DNA from: Acaryochloris thomasi RCC1774 | GTDB taxonomy: Bacteria > Cyanobacteriota > Cyanobacteriia > Thermosynechococcales > Thermosynechococcaceae | Assembly: GCF_003231495.1 (NCBI RefSeq) | Contig: NZ_PQWO01000001.1 | Span: 120,001-152,000, forward strand | Length of the DNA stretch: 32,000 nucleotides | Reading direction: 5' to 3' | The notes under the pieces: generated by a model | What the model was told of the DNA's origin: nothing | What the model saw: the letters and a program-made list of their open reading frames with translations, nothing else | The model's database searches: none | Translations under genes and position numbers: made by a program | Shown here: piece by piece, positions 1-7,374 of the stretch | Position numbering within the stretch: the stretch's first letter is position 1 | How the letters are laid out: each line of letters opens with the position of its first letter

Positions 1-1
1 A

Positions 2-979
2 GTTCTTAATGACCGACAGCGCTGCGATTTAATTTCTAGTCTATGGGATGCAGCTTTAGCTCTAAATGATAGTCCTGATGATGTAATAGATGCTTGTGAA
101 CAGATTTTGCTGCTGGGGGAGATTTTGACACAGCCGATACCAAAATCAAGTGTCCATACAATTGCAAATGCTCTTTTCAAGAAAGCATATATTCTCCAGA
201 AAATGGAGCGTTGGGAAGAGGCGATTATTGCTTGGGATCAGTTAATTATAAAATACTCTGAGTTTCCCGCAATTACCTTACAAGAAAAAGTAGCAACTGC
301 GCTTCTAAAAAAGGGATGGATTTTCCATGAGTTAAAGCATCATGAAGAAGCGATCAAGATGTATAAACAGATTGTTGAGAAATACTCCGACTCTCCTGAA
401 ACAGTCTTACATGTACGGGTTGCAAATGCACTGTTATTTGAAGCACAAAGTCTCTATGAGTTGGAACGCTATGATGAAATATTGCCTGCTCTTGAACAGT
501 CTATTGGGAAATACTCTGACTCGCCTGAAACAGATATACAAGAACAAGTCGCGCTGGCTATGCGCTGTAAGGGTTATCTCCTTATCGAGTTGGAGCGTCA
601 GGCAGAGGCGATCACTGCCTTCGACGAAGCTATTAAGAAGTTCATTGAGTTTTCTGCAACTGAATTAAAAGAACAAGTTGCGGGAGCACTTGTCGAGAAA
701 GGAAGTACGCTCTTCGAGTTGGAGTTTTTCGAGGAAGGAATAGCTGCCTATGATCAGGTTATTGAGAAATACTCTGATTCTGCTGAAAGTGCCTTACAAG
801 AACAAGTTGCAAAGGCACTTATCTTCAAGGGTGCTTCCCTTGAAGCACTGGAGGAGCAAGAAGAAGCAACAGCAATTTACAATCAGGTTATCGAGAGGTT
901 TTCGAATTCACCTGAACCAGCCTTAAAAGAACAGGTACGTCAGGCTCGCCTCAATACAGAGAAAATCTCAGAGTTATAA
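2..979 (+). CDS. C-terminal part of an alpha-helical repeat protein (TPR/Sel1-like, 43-residue period); 5' end lies outside the window
   Basis: This frame is open from base 2, so the TTG at 107 in the ORF track is probably not the true start. Six units repeat with a (K/R)(Y/F)S(D/E/N)(S/F)(P/A)E motif, followed by xxLxEQVAxAL...G..L.ELE..EEAI..Y. The stop is at 977-979. The sequence is visibly more AT-rich than the rest of the window. Confidence 0.7.
   Translation, partial: VLNDRQRCDLISSLWDAALALNDSPDDVIDACEQILLLGEILTQPIPKSSVHTIANALFKKAYILQKMERWEEAIIAWDQLIIKYSEFPAITLQEKVATALLKKGWIFHELKHHEEAIKMYKQIVEKYSDSPETVLHVRVANALLFEAQSLYELERYDEILPALEQSIGKYSDSPETDIQEQVALAMRCKGYLLIELERQAEAITAFDEAIKKFIEFSATELKEQVAGALVEKGSTLFELEFFEEGIAAYDQVIEKYSDSAESALQEQVAKALIFKGASLEALEEQEEATAIYNQVIERFSNSPEPALKEQVRQARLNTEKISEL
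248..979 (+). repeat. In-frame coding repeat with an exact 129-nt register (six copies)
   Basis: The motif codons (ata/gag/ggg/aag aaa/aag/agg tac/ttc/ttt tc.) start at 248, 377, 506, 635, 764 and 893. Each interval is exactly 129 nt. Confidence 0.8.
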
Positions 980-1108
980 AGTCTGTTTGACTGATGAAAC
1001 CTACAACGCTTGAAATGTCGAGTGTGTGGCAAGTTCAAGAACAGGGGGAGTAAATTTATATGATCGCCCTGCGCCACTATGCGTTAGGGAATTTCTTATT
1101 GTGATCTG

Positions 1109-1330
1109 TTAGGACCCAAAATGAGCATCGAGTTTGTTCAGTACACTCAGCCCCTTCTCAACTGACCCACATGCAGCCATCGCCCGGAACCGGGTTTCAG
1201 CATCAAATTCCGCCAATGCCTGAGTCGACAACTCCTCAATAAGCTTGTTGACGCTAATCTTACGATGGCTGGCAAGGGCTTTGAGACGTGAGTGCTTATC
1301 GTCAGGGATGCGTATCGTTAGCGTTGCCAT
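1109..1330 (-). CDS. Ribbon-helix-helix (CopG/Arc-like) antitoxin-type protein
   Basis: The 73-aa product starts MATLTIRIPDDKHSRLKALASHRKISVNKLIEEL, the beta-strand/helix/helix signature of RHH antitoxins. No toxin ORF follows it in 980-1108 in any frame. Confidence 0.7.
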   Translation of the reverse strand: MATLTIRIPDDKHSRLKALASHRKISVNKLIEELSTQALAEFDAETRFRAMAACGSVEKGLSVLNKLDAHFGS

Positions 1331-1331
1331 A

Positions 1332-1487
1332 TTAGCTACCTCTCAATATTTGGTCCGGCGTTAAGATTGCAAGCTGTGGGAATGTCAGTTGTGCGTTGCG
1401 GAAGTCACGAACATTGTTGGTAATAATCACTTCGGCATTTCCTGCGATCGCAAATTCAAGAACAAGGTTGTCGGAATACAGGAAAAT
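1332..1487 (-). pseudogene. C-terminal remnant of a PIN-domain (PIN_3-like) toxin, N-terminal part missing
   Basis: My own translation of the minus strand gives IFLYSDNLVLEFAIAGNAEVIITNNVRDFRNAQLTFPQLAILTPDQILRGS*. This matches the usual PIN C-terminus (D..VLE.A.AG.A..IVT.N..DF....F.I.V.TP.). An in-frame TAG (1488-1490) lies directly upstream and there is no start codon. The stop at 1332-1334 is 1 nt before the RHH ATG at 1330. Confidence 0.5.
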
Positions 1488-1517
1488 CTATGGGTGCGAT
1501 CGCACCTCTCATCCCTC

Positions 1518-1946
1518 CTACAGAAACACACCTGGATCAACCTTAAACTTCTCACCCAAAGCTCGGGCCATCGCCTTAGAAATCCCTCGCTTACCATTGA
1601 AAACCTCAGAAACAACCCCTCGACTGCCGATAACTCCTACAAAGTCAGCCTGTCTCAAGCTGTTGGTCTGGGCCAACTCCAGCAAAAAATCTAGAGGCTG
1701 AGCCTTCATCTCATCAGAAAAAGCATAGTGCTCCTCCTCAAAGCGCTCAATCAGTTGAGTCAGCAATTCCACCAAATCTTCCTCAGCCTGAGTCAAATCA
1801 TCCCGATGAGCCAGTTCTGCAACAGTAGCCAAAGCATCCTCATTATCTTGCTCAGAGCGAATCGGAGTAGGACGATAATGCCCTAGCAAACACTCATAGG
1901 AGTTTCGGTCAATAGTAGGGGTCACGCTTCCAGTCATCCTTGTCAT
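1518..1946 (-). CDS. higA: HigA-type HTH (XRE-like) antitoxin
   Basis: The product carries LIERFEEEHYAF...P.DFLLELAQTNSLRQADFVGVIGSRGVVSEVFNGKRGISKAMARALGEKFKV, the pattern of HigB-associated HTH antitoxins. It overlaps the 3' end of higB, and the true start may be the internal Met at about 1937. Confidence 0.75.
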   Translation of the reverse strand: MTRMTGSVTPTIDRNSYECLLGHYRPTPIRSEQDNEDALATVAELAHRDDLTQAEEDLVELLTQLIERFEEEHYAFSDEMKAQPLDFLLELAQTNSLRQADFVGVIGSRGVVSEVFNGKRGISKAMARALGEKFKVDPGVFL

Positions 1947-2214
1947 ACTCCTTATGCGTGAGAACGTACTTGATAAAGATGCGTTGTCTCATGTAATCGA
2001 TATCAACAATCAAACGGTACTGATTCCCTTTGATATTGAAAACAGTGAAGTTGCCAACAACATCAGCCGAACGAAAAGTCTCCCGGACCTCACTTAGATT
2101 TTGCCACCTTGCCTTCTTAGCCAGTCGGTACCAAACATCAAGCGCTTCTGCAGCAGATCGATGCCGATTTACGAACTCTAATAGTCGGCTTCGGCTAATT
2201 ACCCTCATAGGCAA
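1909..2214 (-). CDS. higB: HigB-family (RelE-fold) mRNA interferase toxin
   Basis: The 101-aa product reads MRVISRSRLLEF...ALDVWYRLAKKARWQNLSEVRETFRSADVVGNFTVFNIKGNQYRLIV.IDY..QRIFIKYVLTHKEYDK, which closely matches the HigB_toxin family pattern. The toxin-first order is as in higBA. Confidence 0.8.
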   Translation of the reverse strand: MPMRVISRSRLLEFVNRHRSAAEALDVWYRLAKKARWQNLSEVRETFRSADVVGNFTVFNIKGNQYRLIVDIDYMRQRIFIKYVLTHKEYDKDDWKRDPYY

Positions 2215-2567
2215 ATGCTCTCTTTTTGAGAGCTACTTGTCAATCATAGCAAATCCGGCTTCATGAGCTGAGGCTAGCCAGCTAATAAGTCTCGACTGAT
2301 CCATGTACAGCTATCACTCCGAACCGAGCTGCACAGTATCAAATTTTGTGTTCGCTTTAGTCGAAGGCTTTTTGAAGTCACCAAGGAGCTAGAGCATTCA
2401 GATCACCTCTAGGAGAATGCTTCAGTCAGCTTCGTCTACAATTGAGGCGCCGCTCTCTCTGTATGGGATTTGTAGGTTTTATCCCATGCCCGGATAGTGA
2501 CTGATTGCTGTTTTTATTTGATTTGGCAAGATGTAAGAGTGACTGTAAGTAACGACGATAAGCCCCC

Positions 2568-2798
2568 ATGAACTACAAGGACATCATTACAATTGAACCT
2601 GGGAAGCGTGGCGGCAAACCCTGCGTCCGTGGCTTACGAATTACAGTTTATGAAGTACTTGAGTACCTCGCGTCTGAAATGAGCGAAGCAGAAATTCTTG
2701 ATGACTTTCCTGATCTAACACGAGCAGACTTAAAAGCTTGTATCGCTTACGCTGCTGATCGTGAGCGTCGGTTCATGACCGCTCCGCTATCGGCATGA
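2568..2798 (+). CDS. DUF433 domain protein (antitoxin-like partner of DUF5615)
   Basis: The product contains IITIEPGKRGGKPCVRGLRITVYEVLEYLASEMSEAEILDDFPDLTRADLKACIAYAA, the DUF433 signature. Its stop shares an ATGA overlap with the next reading frame. Confidence 0.8.
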   Translation: MNYKDIITIEPGKRGGKPCVRGLRITVYEVLEYLASEMSEAEILDDFPDLTRADLKACIAYAADRERRFMTAPLSA

Positions 2799-3026
2799 AG
2801 CTGCTGTTTGATGAAAACTTATCACCTAGACTGCCAGACCGCTTGAGCGATCTTTTCCCAAATTCTCTACCTGTTCGAGACGTAGGTATGAAATCAACAA
2901 CGGATTCAGTCGTTTGGGAACGCAAAAGAGAATGATTTTATGATTGCCTCAAAAGACGCGGATATGCACGACCTAAGCTTAGTCTCCGGGAATCCGTCAA
3001 AAGTTATTTGGCTCCGCCTCGGCTGA
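2795..3026 (+). pseudogene. DUF5615 (PIN-like/Mut7-C-like) toxin-type gene, frameshifted and C-terminally decayed
   Basis: My own translation gives MKLLFDENLSPRLPDRLSDLFPNSLPVRDVGMKSTTDSVVWERKRE* (2795-2935). It continues in the +1 frame as ENDFMIASKDADMHDLSLVSGNPSKVIWLRLG* (2928-3026). Together these match the DUF5615 consensus (MK.L.DENLSP.L...L....P.S.HV.D.G......D..IW.YA.EN.F.I.SKD.DF......G.PPKVIWIRLGN). No frame gives a clean continuation after 3026. Confidence 0.65.
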
Positions 3027-3177
3027 ATGGATAATTTGAGCAAATCTTTCTCAGCCTCGGTTCATGTTTCCTGATCAGATAGTTCTGATGCGATCGCAAG
3101 TACTGTTTCAATATCCTGGCTGGTTGTCTATTCCTGATACGGGCTAACATATTAGCCAAGTAGAAGTAGGAACCCAC

Positions 3178-3741
3178 ATGGTTCAAACATCAGCGAAGCC
3201 AATCACATTAGATGCCTTCTTGGGCTTGCCGGAGACCAAACCAGCCAGTGAGTACATCGACGGCCACATTATTCAGAAGCCCATGCCGCAGGGAAAGCGC
3301 AGTAGACTGCAGGATAAATTTGTCAAGGTGATCAATTCGGCTGTTGAATCTGAACAGGTGGCCTGCGCCTTTCCAGAACTTCGCTGCACCTTTGATGGTG
3401 CCTCTATCGTGCCAGACATCGCCGTTTTTACTTGGTCACGCATTCCCACAGACGAGAATGGAGAAATTGCTAATGTGTTTCTCCTCGCGCCAGATTGGAC
3501 CATTGAAATCCTGTCACCCGGCCAGCGTCCAACGAAAGTGACTAAAAATATTCTTCGCTGTCTCAGGAATGGAACTCAGATGGGATGGCTGATTGACCCT
3601 GAAGATAGAGCGGTCTTTGTCTATCAGCCTAGCCAGGAGATTGAAATCTTAGATGAGCCGGAGACAGTGTTACCGATGCCGAAGTTTCTAGAACAGCTAA
3701 CCTACCGGGTTTCAGACTTGTTCGGACTACTGGTTTTGTAG
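3178..3741 (+). CDS. Uma2-family (DUF820) restriction-endonuclease-fold protein
   Basis: The product shows EYIDGHIIQKPMP...S.LQ..., PDIAVF, APDWTIEILSPGQ and GWLIDPEDRAVFVY, the typical Uma2 motifs found in many copies in cyanobacterial genomes. Confidence 0.8.
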   Translation: MVQTSAKPITLDAFLGLPETKPASEYIDGHIIQKPMPQGKRSRLQDKFVKVINSAVESEQVACAFPELRCTFDGASIVPDIAVFTWSRIPTDENGEIANVFLLAPDWTIEILSPGQRPTKVTKNILRCLRNGTQMGWLIDPEDRAVFVYQPSQEIEILDEPETVLPMPKFLEQLTYRVSDLFGLLVL

Positions 3742-3891
3742 GATATGCAAATCGTCTAAACAGGTTGCTGTAAGCAATTGAGCGAGGGTCACGATAGCCT
3801 GTCTCAGTCCATTGCAAGCAGGACAAACCGGGATCGCTCCAGAAGGGTTAGCAGCAATTCGCTCGATCTATATCGAACACAATCAAAGGTC

Positions 3892-4251
3892 ATGATCAAT
3901 CGACAAATGTATGTTCTTGCGGTGCAAGACTTGCAGTTATCATCTGACTATTATCGCGATGTCCTGGGATTCACAATTCGCGAAATTGGCGATGATGGCT
4001 GGCGAGTATTCGAGCGAGAAGGTTGCCAAATAATGGCGGGTCACTGCCCCAATTCAACACCCGCAGCCGAACTGGGCGATCACTCCTACTTCGCATATCT
4101 GATGGTTGATAACGCTGAAGTCTACTATCTTGAATTCAATGATAAAAACGTAGACGTAATCAAACATTTGAATGATGAGCCGTGGGGCATGCGTGAATTT
4201 GCCATCCGAACGATCGACGGCCACCGAATAATGATTGGCCAGGAGTTATAA
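3892..4251 (+). CDS. VOC/glyoxalase-bleomycin-resistance family protein
   Basis: The product reads MINRQMYVLAVQDLQLSSDYYRDVLGFTI....DGW.....G..IM.GH......ELGDHSYFAYL.VDN....Y.EF......I..L.DEPWGMREFAIRTIDGHRIMIGQ. I moved the start from the track's 3778 to the ATG at 3892, because the upstream 38 codons look non-coding. Confidence 0.7.
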   Translation: MINRQMYVLAVQDLQLSSDYYRDVLGFTIREIGDDGWRVFEREGCQIMAGHCPNSTPAAELGDHSYFAYLMVDNAEVYYLEFNDKNVDVIKHLNDEPWGMREFAIRTIDGHRIMIGQEL

Positions 4252-4268
4252 CAAGCAAACTCATAGAA

Positions 4269-4307
4269 TGCCCCTGAGTCGGAGAAGTTCTCTCTTCCTC
4301 AGGGGCA
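4269..4307. terminator. 10-bp perfect inverted repeat between convergent genes (possible bidirectional terminator)
   Basis: TGCCCCTGAG (4269-4278) pairs with CTCAGGGGCA (4298-4307), and GAGAA/TTCTC pair inside the loop. The hairpin lies between the VOC stop and the psaK stop. There is no clear T-run. Confidence 0.4.
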
Positions 4308-4329
4308 CCCGCAGTGGAGTAGAGGTAAT

Positions 4330-4593
4330 CTAGAGACCGCCAGCCGCTCTCAGACCCAAAATCATGCCCACGCCGAGCAGATGACCAAAGCATGTAGTAG
4401 CCAAAAATTCAGGCCATCCAAATCCCTTGAGAATATCTGGAACAGGGGGTCCGGGTAGCTCTGGGCCTACGCCTTGGTTCTGGATTGCGTAGCGGCCAAT
4501 TGCGATCGCAAGTAAATTGCACACTATCATCAGCACCCCAGTATTGAAAGTCCAGTGATACTCGGGGAAAGTTGTCAGCAATATAAGATTCAT
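4330..4593 (-). CDS. psaK: Photosystem I reaction centre subunit PsaK
   Basis: The 87-aa product has two hydrophobic helices and ends FGHLLGVGMILGLRAAGGL, compared with FGHILGAGVILGL in Synechocystis PsaK. AGGAGA lies upstream of the ATG. Confidence 0.85.
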   Translation of the reverse strand: MNLILLTTFPEYHWTFNTGVLMIVCNLLAIAIGRYAIQNQGVGPELPGPPVPDILKGFGWPEFLATTCFGHLLGVGMILGLRAAGGL

Positions 4594-4708
4594 AAAAAAG
4601 GGTTCTCCTAAACAGCGAGATAACTGTAATCGGTAGAATAACTGTCAGGATTATAAAAATTGGCCTGCACCAAACCGACGTTTTGTTTGAAGAGTTAACA
4701 TTCAGTCC

Positions 4709-5407
4709 ATGACTCGACCCGCCGACATCCGCCACTGGCCCCCATCTCTACGGGTCAAAATCTGTGGGATTACCAAGATAGATCAAGGGGTTGCGATCGC
4801 ACAGTTAGGGGCCCATGCCTTAGGATTCATCTGCGTCCCTCAATCGCCACGATTCATTACAGCAGACCAGATCTACAAGATCACCCATCAGCTCCCAGAG
4901 ACATCGACAGAGGGTCTACCACTAGCCCGGATTGGCGTTTTTGCCGATGCAACAGCAGCCACCATCGAAGAGACCGTTGAGCGAGGCCAACTAACCGGCG
5001 TGCAGCTCCACGGCAGCGAATCTCTAACCCTTTGCCAGCAGCTGCGAGCAGCCCTACCCCAAGTGGAATTGATCAAAGCCTTCAGAATTAAGACCGCAGA
5101 CACACTCAAGCAAACAGAACCATATCAACAAACAGTCGATAGCCTACTGTTAGACGCCTATACATCCCAAGCCCTCGGCGGCACTGGAGAAACCTGGGAC
5201 TGGTCAATCGTAAGCGACTTTTCACCCCAGTGCCCTTGGTTTTTAGCCGGTGGACTTACACCCGACAACGTAGCGCAGGCGCTGAGTCAGACCCATCCTT
5301 CCGGAATTGACCTCTCCAGTGGCCTAGAGAAGTCCCCCGGAGATAAAGACTTATCACGGGTTGAACGATTGTTTAAGCAGCCTAGCCTACGCCATGATGG
5401 CTTCTAG
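4709..5407 (+). CDS. trpF: Phosphoribosylanthranilate isomerase
   Basis: The product carries VKICGIT....A..A..LGA.ALGFI....SPRFI, GVF, VQLHG, LLD and GGTG..WDW....LAGGL.P.NV, the canonical TrpF motifs. Confidence 0.85.
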   Translation: MTRPADIRHWPPSLRVKICGITKIDQGVAIAQLGAHALGFICVPQSPRFITADQIYKITHQLPETSTEGLPLARIGVFADATAATIEETVERGQLTGVQLHGSESLTLCQQLRAALPQVELIKAFRIKTADTLKQTEPYQQTVDSLLLDAYTSQALGGTGETWDWSIVSDFSPQCPWFLAGGLTPDNVAQALSQTHPSGIDLSSGLEKSPGDKDLSRVERLFKQPSLRHDGF

Positions 5408-5831
5408 CAATCTCGCAGAACCGCTCTAGATCACCACGAATATTGGCCTCCACCATCTGTCCCAAGAACAAATTATCCATCAGTGCCAAAATACCAGGGG
5501 CCTGATAGGCAATCGACATCTTAACGATGCAGCAGCCCTTTTCCTTACGGTCATAGAACCGGATGGCCCCGCGATTGGGCAACCCATCCACCGACTCCCA
5601 CTGAATAATCTGCCCCGGAATTTTCTTAAACGTGCGCGCCTGCCAAGCAAACTCAAAAGTACCGCTCGCCAGCTTCCAGCGAGAGATTTCAGGATCTACA
5701 TCAGAGAGAGTCACCGACTCGATCCAGTTCATCCACTGGGGCATCTTCTCAATATCAGCCCACAGAGCCCAGGCCGCCTCCGCAGAGATAGGAGCCTCCA
5801 CCTGTTCACTATGCTCTAACCAATCTGACAT
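5382..5831 (-). CDS. SRPBCC (cyclase/dehydrase, START-like) family protein
   Basis: The 149-aa product reads [27 protein letters not shown]....RWKLA.G.FEF.W.A........[15 protein letters not shown], as in the polyketide-cyclase/SRPBCC fold. Its ATG lies inside the last 16 nt of crtQ. Confidence 0.7.
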   Translation of the reverse strand: MSDWLEHSEQVEAPISAEAAWALWADIEKMPQWMNWIESVTLSDVDPEISRWKLASGTFEFAWQARTFKKIPGQIIQWESVDGLPNRGAIRFYDRKEKGCCIVKMSIAYQAPGILALMDNLFLGQMVEANIRGDLERFCEIARSHHGVG

Positions 5832-7285
5832 GGCGTCGCCTCAGCCTGAATCTGTGACACATTTTCCAAAATAGCCTGAGCCGCCTGATGACCAGACAGC
5901 GTCGCTCCTTCCATACTGTCGATGTAGTCTTGCTTTGTGTAGCTACCCGCTAGAAAGAAATTGGGGATAGGTGTTTTCTGGTCAGGGCGATAGGGGTCCA
6001 TCCCTGGCGCTTCACGGTAGAGCGACTGAGCCAGCTTCACAACGCTGTACCAAGTCATATTCAGCTCGCGCGCCGAGGGGAACAGCTCCTGCACTTGCTT
6101 GAGAACGTGGTGAGCAATTTCTTCATTGCTCTGTTTAATAAACGGGTCACCCGGAGTCAAAACCAGCTGCATCAGCGAGCCTTCCCCTTCTTTGTAGTAA
6201 TCTTTAGGGCTAGTGAGGGCCAAGTCAGCAAAACAAGAGAAATCTGCATCTGCGGTGTACAGCAGATTGTCTAGCCCCGCCGCCCGACTCAACTGCTTGC
6301 GAGCCTCCGGGTCTTGGAGTTCCGTTACCCAGCCGTCAAATCGTAGCTGCACCGTGGCAACTGGCACTGCATCCAGCTTGAAAATATTATCGAATTCAGG
6401 CCATCGTCGCCAGTCCTCTGGCAATAGCTTCTGCACCCCTGGTACATCACAGGCACAAACATAAGCATCGGCCTTAACCTCTTCTTCCCCCTCAGCAGTC
6501 GCGACTCGCAGCCCCGTCACCCTCGTCTGCTCGCGATCATCGAACAAAATCTCTAGGGTACGGCGGCGGGTGTAAATTTTACCCCCTCGGCTTTCGAGGT
6601 AATCGACAATCGGCTTGTGCAGACGCTCATGGGGCGAGCCCGACAGCATTCGCAGGACCGATGCCTCAGTGCGTGCCGCAAACAGCTGAAAAATCGTCAG
6701 CATGCAGCGAGCTGACATATTTTCACAGTCAATAAATCCCAAGGCGTAGGCAATCGGGTTCCACATGCGCTTAATGCTGCCGTTGCTGCCGCCATGACTG
6801 CGAAACCAATCGGCAAAGCTAACGCGATCGAGTGCCCGAATCGTCTTCATTGCACCATCAAAATCGACTAGACCTCTGACAACAGGACTAGTACCGAGTG
6901 CAAGCGCGTTCTGAGCTTTGTCTCGCAGCGAGAGCTGAGACGTGGTAAAAAATGCTTTCAGGCCATTAAACGGGGCACCCGTAATAAAGCGGAAATCCAA
7001 AGCGCCCAGCTTCCCACCTTCATTAACAAAGGTATGGGTATGCTCCTTGAGCAGCAGCTCATCCAAGGCACCTACCTTCGCCATCAGAGCAAACAGATTG
7101 TAATAGCAGCCAAAGAAAACGTGCAGTCCCATCTCGATATGATTACCGTCTTTATCGAGCCAGCTGCTGACTTTGCCACCCACAAAAGGACGGGCTTCAA
7201 AAATTTCGACATCGTGCCCCGCATCCACCAAATCTATGGCGGTGACCATCCCGGCTAGACCTGCGCCCACGATCGCAATTCGCAT
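5816..7285 (-). CDS. crtQ: Zeta-carotene desaturase (9,9'-di-cis-zeta-carotene desaturase)
   Basis: The product starts [52 protein letters not shown]...VG and is 489 aa long, closely matching plant/cyanobacterial ZDS. Confidence 0.9.
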   Translation of the reverse strand: MRIAIVGAGLAGMVTAIDLVDAGHDVEIFEARPFVGGKVSSWLDKDGNHIEMGLHVFFGCYYNLFALMAKVGALDELLLKEHTHTFVNEGGKLGALDFRFITGAPFNGLKAFFTTSQLSLRDKAQNALALGTSPVVRGLVDFDGAMKTIRALDRVSFADWFRSHGGSNGSIKRMWNPIAYALGFIDCENMSARCMLTIFQLFAARTEASVLRMLSGSPHERLHKPIVDYLESRGGKIYTRRRTLEILFDDREQTRVTGLRVATAEGEEEVKADAYVCACDVPGVQKLLPEDWRRWPEFDNIFKLDAVPVATVQLRFDGWVTELQDPEARKQLSRAAGLDNLLYTADADFSCFADLALTSPKDYYKEGEGSLMQLVLTPGDPFIKQSNEEIAHHVLKQVQELFPSARELNMTWYSVVKLAQSLYREAPGMDPYRPDQKTPIPNFFLAGSYTKQDYIDSMEGATLSGHQAAQAILENVSQIQAEATPCQIG

Positions 7286-7374
7286 ACTCTATGTCTCTAT
7301 CATTTTTCTTTACATATTGTAATAGCCCAGGGCGTAGCGCTGACAACTTTTGCCCCAGCCTCGTGACTAAGATC

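Noticed and set aside
342-668. 108-aa ORF in an alternative frame inside the repeat-protein gene
   Set aside because: It lies entirely within a much longer ORF with clear periodic protein repeats, and its product is Arg/Leu/Ser-rich with no features.
2215-2567. Degenerate gene or small ORF (MDQSRLISWLASAHEAGFAMIDK) and a 7-bp hairpin (AGCATTC...GAATGCT, about 2394-2422) between higB and DUF433
   Set aside because: The ORF is 23 codons with no recognisable family. The hairpin is short with a 15-nt loop. This is more likely ordinary divergent-promoter sequence.
3004-3186. 60-aa minus-strand ORF upstream of the Uma2 gene
   Set aside because: It is antisense to the decayed 3' part of the DUF5615 pseudogene, and its basic low-complexity product is most likely spurious.
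4409-4735. 108-aa minus-strand ORF overlapping psaK and the psaK/trpF promoter region
   Set aside because: It overlaps the well-supported psaK frame and crosses an intergenic region. The translation does not look protein-like.
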